From Bdellovibrionales bacterium (GTDB lineage Bacteria > Bdellovibrionota > Bdellovibrionia > Bdellovibrionales > JAUICD01), in contig OZ241865.1 in the NCBI GenBank assembly GCA_965203275.1, forward strand, positions 1,408,001 through 1,472,000: a DNA stretch of 64,000 nucleotides. Direction: 5' to 3'. Shown here piece after piece: positions 1-9,080 of the stretch. The notes under the pieces were generated by a model, which made no database searches, was not told the origin of the DNA, and saw nothing but the letters and a program-made list of their open reading frames with translations. Within the stretch, counting starts at the first letter, position 1, and every line of letters starts with the position of its first letter. The position numbers and the translations under genes were made by a program.

Positions 1-2286
1 ATCTTTTCTGGTCCTTACACATTGGCTTTGATGACAATCCACAGAATAATGTTTTGGAAATTTACCTGCTGTTGAATTGGATGGTACTTTTGTAAGAATA
101 GAATATTCTTTCTTATCTCTATTCTTAAACCACCTAGTATTATTGTTTGAAAAAGAAAAGTTTTGAGCTTCAAATGTATCTGGATCATCTGTATCCCATA
201 TAAGAGTATTATTAGAACTACCTCCACAGACATCCTTAGGAATAATGGTCACTGTTTGTCGACCATGTTGAATCCCGCTCAAAGTACCCTCACAACGTAC
301 TTCAGCTGCATGTCCAGCTGGAGCTCCGATGGTCATATTGATGGAACTAGTTGTATTAGTGGTGCCGGTGCCATCCCTTCGACGACCTAACTTTGTGCAG
401 TTTTCTAAATTATGGGTAAACTGGTCACATATCCCTACCTCAAAATCGACATTATTCCGATTGCACTGCAAACCATTAGAAGGCAATCTCCAACTAGTGG
501 TTGGACTAGAGCTGGAGTAATTCCTCCCCTTAACTCCATCGCCGGGTTGACCTACATCGTCCTCGCCATGCTTAAAACCTACTTCAGATGTGGGTCTTCT
601 GGCATCTATATAAAAACGACTCTTAACAACATTACCAACCTTACCAATCTGACGTGGATTGGTTACGCCCAACTGTGAGGCTTCTATTACCTCTAGCTCA
701 TACCTTCTATTAGGTGGTAAATCATTGAACTTTAATCGCAAATTGATATCATTACCACTGCTATCTAAAAATGTACTGTTTGTACTGCCGAGTTGACCCG
801 GAAATTTCACTTCATGACACTTCTGCCAAGGACCTTTTGTAAAAGAACAACTTGCCCATGGATAAGAATTACAACTTGAAGACATGAGATAATTAGTTGT
901 GCTATCACCACTTACACAACCCCTGACCCCTCGACATAACAAGACTGTTCCAAATTCTTTTGACCTGCTCTGAGGAAACTTCAAGTCCATAATAATATTT
1001 TTGTAATTAGAGCCATCTGTATCACACGAAGTTTGTTTGCGTGAACTCAGCAGTAAGTCCTTATTATGACCATTCTTGAGGGAGGTAACTTCTACACTGA
1101 CAGGAGTTTGATTTCCTTCTACAAGCATTCTTGTTTGATGAGAAAATCTTTGCATTGCATTGCAAGAATAACTCTGGTTTTCTTTTTCATATTTTAACTT
1201 AACTGTCACTTGGAATCCTAAGTCAGGATTACCTATGGTACTTAAACCTGAATTACTGCTTTTGATTCTAGTTTTAAAGGCTGGACTCCCTGATACAGAA
1301 AGCCTAGGATGAGTCAATATTAATTTATGTGTAGCAGGTGAACGTGGACAAGTCACAGGTATTGATACAAACTTACTGCCGTCATACTTTGTCTCTTTAC
1401 ATTTAATATCTGCATAACTTTCTATGACTTTTTGATTTGTAAGATCAACAGGGTTAATCCTGATATAGAATTTCACATTTTGAAGGTTGTACTCTTTAAG
1501 ATACTCCTTCCATAAAGAGGCAATTCTTCCATCACTTGTTGTGGTGCTACTGGTAATGGTAAACATTTTACCTTTTTTGTCTTCGTCCAGTTCATTTGCA
1601 TCAAAAAATTGAGGGTCGGAGTTATATAAAAATTGTAGAAAATTAACAGCATTCAGCAACAAGACAGATGTACCTGTCTGAACAGAAGAACCAGCATTCA
1701 CTTTCACCAAATCCACTCCGGTATTGATAAATTGAGATGGAGGGTTGCTATTGATCAATTCCCTGTATAATTTTGTATACAGCGTTGGAGTATTTAAGCT
1801 AGTGCCTGAACTGATATCGTTAATCTCATATTCAGCTGGATTTGTGCTGGCAATTTGAGTGCCTTTTTTAATAAGCAGTGGATTATAATCATAGCCAGCT
1901 TTGTATCCGTAAAGACGAGTCCCTAATGAGACCACTCTATCTAAACCTGATTGGGCAATGCTTTGACAATCTGAATCTTGTGCAGATGAACGCATCACTG
2001 TTTGACTCTGTGTGAAGTAATATGCTGTGCCTACACTGATTAAGGCAAGCATGGTCATCACAATCAACATTTCTACTAAGCCCATTCCTAGCTGTGATTG
2101 TGGTTGTGGCTGGTTGCACTTTTTAAAATGATTTTTTTTAAGACAATCAAAACCTGGACTTAAGGGGGGGGGGGGGGGGTAGGCTAATTGCGTTATGCAA
2201 TTTTTTTGCAGAAGTGTTTGTACAAATATTTGTACAAATGAAAAATAAAACCAAACTAAATAAATAATCTTTTTGTATATATACAT
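1..2286 (-). CDS. Large prepilin-type N-terminal cleavage/methylation domain protein (minor pilin/adhesin-like, Cys-rich), 3' end outside window
   Basis: Not in the ORF track because there is no stop in the window. Manual translation from ATG 2286: MYIYKK...AYPPPPPLSPG...QSQLG|MGLVEMLIVMTMLALISVGTAYYF, a class III signal peptide with G|xxxxE. The same frame is open at the window edge (…DCHQSQCVRTRKD). Contains a C16 tract (plus-strand G16, 2164-2179). Confidence 0.8.
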   Translation of the reverse strand, partial: MYIYKKIIYLVWFYFSFVQIFVQTLLQKNCITQLAYPPPPPLSPGFDCLKKNHFKKCNQPQPQSQLGMGLVEMLIVMTMLALISVGTAYYFTQSQTVMRSSAQDSDCQSIAQSGLDRVVSLGTRLYGYKAGYDYNPLLIKKGTQIASTNPAEYEINDISSGTSLNTPTLYTKLYRELINSNPPSQFINTGVDLVKVNAGSSVQTGTSVLLLNAVNFLQFLYNSDPQFFDANELDEDKKGKMFTITSSTTTSDGRIASLWKEYLKEYNLQNVKFYIRINPVDLTNQKVIESYADIKCKETKYDGSKFVSIPVTCPRSPATHKLILTHPRLSVSGSPAFKTRIKSSNSGLSTIGNPDLGFQVTVKLKYEKENQSYSCNAMQRFSHQTRMLVEGNQTPVSVEVTSLKNGHNKDLLLSSRKQTSCDTDGSNYKNIIMDLKFPQSRSKEFGTVLLCRGVRGCVSGDSTTNYLMSSSCNSYPWASCSFTKGPWQKCHEVKFPGQLGSTNSTFLDSSGNDINLRLKFNDLPPNRRYELEVIEASQLGVTNPRQIGKVGNVVKSRFYIDARRPTSEVGFKHGEDDVGQPGDGVKGRNYSSSSPTTSWRLPSNGLQCNRNNVDFEVGICDQFTHNLENCTKLGRRRDGTGTTNTTSSINMTIGAPAGHAAEVRCEGTLSGIQHGRQTVTIIPKDVCGGSSNNTLIWDTDDPDTFEAQNFSFSNNNTRWFKNRDKKEYSILTKVPSNSTAGKFPKHYSVDCHQSQCVRTRKD

Positions 2287-2399
2287 TTTAACTGAACCCT
2301 TAAACTTATTATAAATGATTTATCGACAACTTAACGAAAAAAGTAAAAAATATATAATTTTTTTAAGATTCTGTATCAATATAATACACATCGACAGTG

Positions 2400-3662
2400 A
2401 AATACCCAGAATCCGGGATTCCGGGATCTGGGATCCGGAATCCGGCAACCCGGCATCTAAATGAACTTTTTCCTTAACATGTTGTTAAAAAACGAGGAGA
2501 TCCTTCCCTACTAAAAGTGGTCAGGCTTTCTAGGTTGCCAGCATTTGAGAAGGCGATAGCCTTCGGCTGGCAACCAGAAAGTGACCAGAGGTCAGACCAC
2601 TTTTAGTGAAACAAATCCTTCAGTCTCCCACTGCCCCATCCTCTCCCTAATTATTTTTTGTTTGATGGTTACGCAGAATCTAAAAAAAATAAAAAAACAA
2701 AAAAAAAGAACTTTTTCCCTAACATGGTGTTAAGAGAAAAAAGGATCCTTCCCTACTCAAAATAAATGGATTTTCTAGGCAGTTAGCCTTTGATCAACGG
2801 CGATAAGCCGTTGGGCTAACTGCCAGAAAACATGCCAGAGGCATGATGCATTTTGAGTGAAACAAACCCTTAACATGTTGTTAAAAAACGAGGAGATCCT
2901 TCCCTACTAAAAGTGGTCAGGCTTTCTAGGTTGCCAGCATTTGAGAAGGCGATAGCCTTCGGCTGGCAACCAGAAAGTGACCAGAGGTCAGACCACTTTT
3001 AGTGAAACAAATCCTTCAGTCTCCCACTGCCCCATCCTCTCCCTAATTATTTTTTGTTTGATGGTTACGCAGAATCTAAAAAAAATAAAAAAACAAAAAA
3101 AAAGAACTTTTTCCCTAACATGGTGTTAAGAGAAAAAAGGATCCTTCCCTACTCAAAATAAATGGATTTTCTAGGCAGTTAGCCTTTGATCAACGGCGAT
3201 AAGCCGTTGGGCTAACTGCCAGAAAACATGCCAGAGGCATGATGCATTTTGAGTGAAACAAACCCTTAACATGGTGTTAAAAAATGAGGAGATCCTCCCT
3301 ACTCAAAATGAGCAGGCTTTTGAGACAATGACCATTTTGTCAAAGGCGAAAGCCTTTGCAGGCAACGCTCAAGGTGTAAGAAGGAACTTTTTCCTTAACA
3401 TGTGGTCAAGAGACGAGAGGATCCTCCCTACTAAAAGTAAACGGACTTTTGAGACATTGCTCTTTTGGGACAGCGTAAGCTGTCAGAGCAATGTCCAAAA
3501 GCAACCAGAGGTTGGTTTACTTTTAGTGAGACAGAGGCTAGACCACTTTTAGTGAAACAAAACAAGCTGATAAATTAGGAGCTTATTTATACAAGTTGTG
3601 TAAAAACACTTAAAGTTAAAATTGATTTTTTCTGGGATCTAGGATCCGGCAACCCGGCATCA
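2400..3662. repeat. Cluster 1 of structured intergenic repeat elements (units ~2508-2612, 2753-2863, 2904-3008, 3149-3259, truncated 3299-3360, 3428-3533 plus tail to 3558)
   Basis: Repeated module TAACA(tgg/tgt)TGTTAA..GGAGATCCT.CCCTACT[A/C]AAA…nested inverted repeats…CCAGAGG…TTT[A/G]AGTGAAAC. Bounded by ATCCGGCAACCCGGCATC motifs at ~2440 and ~3644. Confidence 0.9.
2472..3263. repeat. 396-bp direct tandem duplication (2472-2867 / 2868-3263)
   Basis: CCTTAACATG recurs at 2472, 2868 and 3264. The two intervening 396-bp blocks read identical. Confidence 0.9.
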
Positions 3663-3690
3663 AAAAGCACTTTTTAACTCTTCTTTTACT

Positions 3691-3846
3691 TTATTAATCT
3701 TGGTAGGAATATGGTTATTTACTTGTTCCTTAATAGGGTTTATTTCTTTTTTAATAGTCCTATCTCTTTATTAATCTTGGTAGGAATATGGTTATTTACT
3801 TGTTCCTTAATAGGGTTTATTTCTTTTTTAATAGTCCTATCTCTTT
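3691..3846. repeat. 77-bp tandem duplication
   Basis: ttattaatcttggtaggaatatgg… starts at 3691 and at 3768. Confidence 0.9.
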
Positions 3847-4086
3847 TTTTATCGGGTCTACTGAAGAATGTATTATAACCCTTAAAACAATAATTGATAA
3901 AATGGCATTTATTATCTCTTTTGATGAATACAAATCTTGCAATCCAAAATAATTTACCACTATTAACAAAATAAACAAAACAAGGATAAAAAAACCTGTA
4001 TATCCTTTTAGCAATGATGAAAATATATCCATTGGTGATGATTGATTATTTTCTGGCCCGTTGCCATTACCTGAATGATCATTCAT
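3817..4086 (-). CDS. Small two-TM membrane protein (NH(I/L)PT coiled-coil family), possibly extended to 3660 by frameshifting
   Basis: 89-aa ORF with two hydrophobic helices and GAGGA upstream. The downstream 77-bp duplication encodes KEQVNNHIPTKIN in the -1 frame. Confidence 0.65.
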   Translation of the reverse strand: MNDHSGNGNGPENNQSSPMDIFSSLLKGYTGFFILVLFILLIVVNYFGLQDLYSSKEIINAILSIIVLRVIIHSSVDPIKKEIGLLKKK

Positions 4087-4693
4087 AAAATCCTCAAGCT
4101 ATATTCACAAAAAAAAGAGGCTATCAAGCCACTTTAAGCTTATGAATTTATCTACAATCTACGACAATAGAAATTAATATTAGAATATCAATCCTAAAGG
4201 ATTTTGTCAATATGACGATAAGAGTCATATCAATTCTTCTTATCTCTAAAGATTGAATCGTTTAATTTTGTACTTAATTTATTATGTTATTCAGACCACT
4301 TATGAGGATAAGTGGTCTTTTTTAGCAATTTTACCAAACGTTGTCGAAATTTTGATGTTTTGAAGCTTAAAAATAATAGCCTTGAAACTATGAAAAAAAA
4401 TTAACTATTTAAATTAACTATTCAAATCAGGAGTTATTATTTATTACGATATGCAACAGGTTTGTTTTTGTTGTGAGCTTCTTGTTGGCCTCTTATAGAT
4501 GAAAGTCCAGAGTCAAAAGAGAAAGTGTCTCATTATGGATCACAAACAGAATCACAAAAAGATTTTTTATCTGATTTTTAGATAAAAAGTTTCATTATTT
4601 TAAAATTTCTGACGATAACAATTATAGGTTTAAATAACTTAGTAAATAAAATTTATAAAAAATAATCCATATTTCAAACAAGGAGGAAGTCTT

Positions 4694-6791
4694 ATGTACA
4701 CTACAGCGTTTCAGCAAAAAATGCGGGGGGGGGGGGCAGTGCGTCAAAATGTCTGTGGTCCTCATTCTGTCTTGTTTGCAGGTGTTTTTAGAGCCTGTGG
4801 AAGTCTTTGCCAGGTCTGATGCCACTGCTTCTCGCTTAAAACCATCTAAAGTTACAAATACCAGAGTTAGTAATTCCCGATCTAGTAGATCAAGGGTTCA
4901 ACGTTCAAGAGCTTCAAATACCAGGGTTAAAAAACGCACTTCTTCTAGAGCAAGAAAAGAAAACAGAGCAAGAAGACAAAACACAAGAGTATCTCTTGAG
5001 GCTCGCTGGAAGCGATTACCTGTCAAACAAAAAATCAAGTTATATCATTCTATGGTCAGAACTATGGCTGTCTTAGAGTTATCTCGTCGTCAACGTTCTA
5101 CAAAAACATCCTCCCTTTATCCATTTTGGCAATTATTTATAGCACAAGCTTATGCTCAGAATTCACCCGTAGCATGTTTTCTGGGAGGGTATACTGTACG
5201 TGGTTGTCGAAGGGGTGATTGGAATGCGGCAAGGAACATATCTGGTAGGAGATGTGATTTAAATGGTAATGGTACTAATAATGGTATTACATGTAATCCT
5301 GAAATATTCCCTACAGCCCCTTGTGTTTATGATTTGAGAGAGGCAAGAGAAACAGTAAGTAGAAACTATAGCACCACTCAAGCTTGTGCTTATGCTGATG
5401 CTCAACTGATAGCACAGAAATTAAGAGATGGTAGTATCTCTCCGGAGCAGAAAAGAACAGTTGTTGAAGAACAACTCAATAATGAAGATTTATGGCAGTT
5501 AGGTGACCCTAGTACATGGATTGACAAAAGAAATAAACTCATCGAAACAATCTTAGGCGGAAATAATGCAATGACTCGATACAATGAAGCTCTTTTAAGT
5601 GAGGCGACTGGTATTTTAGATAAGCTTCAAGAAGTGGATGTAGCGTGTCGTCATGTAAGTAGCTCCTTTGAAGAGAAACACTGCGATGTATTTCGACATG
5701 ACTTAAGAGCATTAGAAACTGAAAAGAATCGTGCAACTGAAGCTACAGATTCTTGTTTTAAATTTCATGAATTACCTGGGGAGCATTTTTGTCAAGTTAA
5801 AACCGGTGATGATAAATATCTTGTTGTAAGGCTGGAAAGAGGTGGTGAAGAAAATAACAGATTAAACGCTGTTGTTTATCAAAGCGATAGTAGTCCAGCA
5901 GGAGACTACTGTTTGGATTCCAGTTTCACTGCTCATGATAAACATGTTATTAATGATGCACAACTGGCTAATTTTTCTAATGTGGGTTATCCATTTAGTG
6001 GTGCAAGACGACTTGCATGCAATCGTAACAATCAGAGCCATAGTGCAAGCTTTACCTATCAAGGCCATGAGATTGAAATAAAAAAAGAACTGGGTGCAAG
6101 TAATCGTTGTTTATTTGATGAAGATGATGATGATGATGATATTGATAATATTGATGATATTGATAGAGATTTAGGCAATGATCGAACTGAGCTTTTTTTC
6201 CCAGGAATAGTAGATGATGGTGATGAAGAAGAAGAAGGAGGTGATAATAGTATTTATGGGTCAGCATTAGAAGCATATAATAAAGAAAAAAATAAAGGAC
6301 AGAATACGGATAAGTGTATAGAAGCAAGTCATGTAGCCTTTCATGAAGCAGGACTTCTCTTTAACACAACCTGTCTAAATCAAGGTAGACGTCGTAATAA
6401 TCTTTTTATAGATAAAAGCACAGGGAGTAGCATTAGCAGAGTCCGTAGCATTATATGGTTAAAACGTAGTGATTATAAAGAATATGACAGATTATCAATT
6501 GCGGGAGGAGGATCCAAACCAATACCTTCTACAACTCCTCCTCGTAATAGCTGTAATAGCGATAGTTCTATATGTCGTAAATATTTAACCCTTACAGATT
6601 ATTTGTGTGGTATTGGGAATGCTCCTAGTGCTGATGGAACTGGATGTGAAACCCCGGTAGCAACAGAAGCAAGCAGTGAAGATTGGACAACAGGACTAGC
6701 AAACGAACTCCAACATTGTTCTTCAGCTGCCCCTGCCTCTGCCAGAGATGGAGGAAGTGGTGGTCGAGCGACACCGGGGCAGGGTGGGTGA
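4694..6791 (+). CDS. Secreted Cys-rich protein, poly-G family paralog 1 (main ORF 4749-6791; RBS-linked ATG 4694 out of frame across G12)
   Basis: AGGAGG RBS before ATG 4694; G12 at 4725-4736; signal peptide, R/S-rich segment, FWQLFIAQAYA motif, Cys-rich body. Paralogous to 18993 and 22297. Confidence 0.8.
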
Positions 6792-6945
6792 GCCAACGGA
6801 GGAATAAAGCTTTTTTACAAATAACTCAGCTTTCTCTTTTCTATTATGAATTGCTTGTGTTGTTTATAAAGTCAACAAGTCAAATCATCAAGGCATAAGG
6901 CTCAATCCAGCCTAGGTCACAATTCATAGCAACCAATAACAAACA

Positions 6946-7872
6946 TCAACAAGCTAAATGACTTTTGATCGTACGGGAAATACCTATAGCATCTAATCCA
7001 TATTTTTCATAAAGAGATTGAGGTGAACCGCTTTCACCAAAGGTATCAGGAACACCTATTTTCACTAACCGAGCTGGACAAGGAGTTTCTGCCATCACAT
7101 TGGCAACAGCACTCCCTAAGCCTCCTACAATATTATGATCTTCTGCTGTGAAAATCACAGACACTTTGCTTTTCCAAGATTCAATTGCTTTTTTATCTAT
7201 CGGCTTGATACTGCACATATTCACCACGGCAAGGTCTATTTGATCTTCTTTTAAAATCTTTGCAGCTTCTAAACTCAAACTTGTTTGATGACCTGTTGCA
7301 AAAATCACAGCATCTTTCCCTGATTTGACTTCTGTGGATTGACCATAAGAGAATTGATAATCTTCATCAAAAACAGAAGATACCTTTTGACGAGTCAATC
7401 TTACATAAGCAGGCCCTTTATGGTCTACAAGGTATCTCATAAGTGCTTTGGTTTCTATATCATCCGCAGGGGAAAATACACTCATACCAGGGATAGTTTG
7501 CATACAAGATAAATCTTCAAGAGCCATTTGTGTTGTGCCGTCTTCTCCTATACCAATGCCAGCATGAGTTCCAACAAGCCGGACATTAGCTTCCCCATAA
7601 CCCACAGTCACCCTTATAGTGTCAAAACGGCCTGTTAAAAAAGCCCCAAAAGAACATAAAAAAGGAACTTTTCCACTCAAGGCCATGCCTGCAGCTACCC
7701 CAATCATATTGGCTTCTTGTATGCCCATTTGAAAAAACCTTTGAGGAAACTTTTTTGCAAAAAGGGCAGATTGTGTACTCTTAGATAAATCAGCATCTAA
7801 AACAACAATATTTTGAAATGTCTTGCCTAGCTCCAATAAGGCTTCTCCAAAGCTATTCCGGGTTGCTTTCAT
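6946..7872 (-). CDS. Transketolase C-terminal subunit (pyrimidine-binding + C-terminal domains)
   Basis: ATRNSFGEAL, LDADLSKST, GIQEANMIGVAAG, GEDGTTQMALED motifs. Confidence 0.95.
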   Translation of the reverse strand: MKATRNSFGEALLELGKTFQNIVVLDADLSKSTQSALFAKKFPQRFFQMGIQEANMIGVAAGMALSGKVPFLCSFGAFLTGRFDTIRVTVGYGEANVRLVGTHAGIGIGEDGTTQMALEDLSCMQTIPGMSVFSPADDIETKALMRYLVDHKGPAYVRLTRQKVSSVFDEDYQFSYGQSTEVKSGKDAVIFATGHQTSLSLEAAKILKEDQIDLAVVNMCSIKPIDKKAIESWKSKVSVIFTAEDHNIVGGLGSAVANVMAETPCPARLVKIGVPDTFGESGSPQSLYEKYGLDAIGISRTIKSHLAC

Positions 7873-8090
7873 ACTCTCTCTCCTTTTGTAACTTACAATA
7901 TCATTCAGGTTGTGTTTGCTTTACAAATAGTTATCTCTTTGTTGATTTTATCTTCAAATTTTGTTTTCAAATTGTTTCATTTGATTTTTTATAAAGTTTA
8001 TGTCGGTCCATTTCTACTCAGACTCCACTTAGTATCAGAAGAACTTTGCTCAAAATCAAAAGATAAGCAAACTGTGTTATTTCTACAGGT

Positions 8091-8939
8091 TTAGCATTCT
8101 AACTCTTTAAAGGCTTTTTGAAGTTGCTCCTTGTTAGGTGCAACACCATGCCAATGGTTTTCATTCTCCATAAAACTCACCCCCTTACCCTTGATTGTAT
8201 CTGCAATGATCACAGTAGGCTGGCTTTGATGGTTTTGGGCTTGGTCTAATGCTTTAACAATTTCAGGGATATTATGCCCATTGATTTTTAGAGTTTGCCA
8301 TTTAAAAGCTTGGAATTTTTTAGCTAGATCAGATAAATCCATAATATCTTCTACCCGTCCATCAATTTGATATTTATTGCAGTCTGCAATCAAACATAAA
8401 TTGCTTAAGGCAAAGTTCCCTGCGGACATAATGGCTTCCCATATTTGCCCTTCTTGCATTTCGCCATCTCCTACCATGCAATAGACACGATAATTTTTCG
8501 AATCCATACGAGCAGCGAGAGCCATGCCTATAGCCACAGACAATCCCTGACCTAGAGAACCTGTAGAAGCTTCTACAGCAGGCAATCTTACCCTATCAGG
8601 ATGACCTTGAAATGGGCTACCTAACTTCCTTAAACTCAGTGTGTCCTTAGGATCAAAATAACCAGCATAAGCGAGGGTGGCATAAAGAGCTGGTACACCA
8701 TGCCCCTTACTGAGAATAAAGCGATCCCTATCTGGCCAGCTAGGTTCTTTAGGGCGAATTTTCATTTGGTGAAAAAACAGCACTGTGATCAAATCAATTG
8801 CCGAAAGGGAACCCCCAGGATGCCCACTACCTGCCTTTTCCAGCATATTTAAAATGAGTTTGCGACTTTGTTGTGCTTGTTTTAATAGTTTATCGTACAT
8901 GCAGAATACCTTTTTGGGCATTATATATAATGAAAGCAC
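8091..8939 (-). CDS. Transketolase N-terminal (TPP-binding) subunit; likely start 8900
   Basis: GSGHPGGSLS, DRFILSKGH, GSLGQG, GDGEMQEGQIWEA motifs. Confidence 0.95.
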   Translation of the reverse strand: MLSLYIMPKKVFCMYDKLLKQAQQSRKLILNMLEKAGSGHPGGSLSAIDLITVLFFHQMKIRPKEPSWPDRDRFILSKGHGVPALYATLAYAGYFDPKDTLSLRKLGSPFQGHPDRVRLPAVEASTGSLGQGLSVAIGMALAARMDSKNYRVYCMVGDGEMQEGQIWEAIMSAGNFALSNLCLIADCNKYQIDGRVEDIMDLSDLAKKFQAFKWQTLKINGHNIPEIVKALDQAQNHQSQPTVIIADTIKGKGVSFMENENHWHGVAPNKEQLQKAFKELEC

Positions 8940-9080
8940 ATTTGATGCAAGTTTTTTTCAATATCAATATTAAGTGTTATTTATAAAAAATCACAAAAAC
9001 CACTTATTCTGGTAAGATTTCTTGATTTCATTGTGATATTGAGGTGTTCATTGATTTAACAGGCCCGTTGTGTCAAAGAA

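Noticed and set aside
15..678. Short ORFs in the track at the window start
   Set aside because: They overlap the long minus-strand pilin-like frame, which explains the region better.
3253..3552. 99-aa ORF (also 21667-21870 and 48963-49154)
   Set aside because: These lie entirely in the structured repeats; their mutual similarity comes from the non-coding element.
2472..3558. CRISPR array
   Set aside because: Units are ~105 nt with internally paired variable parts rather than constant repeats with unique spacers; spacing is irregular; no cas genes.
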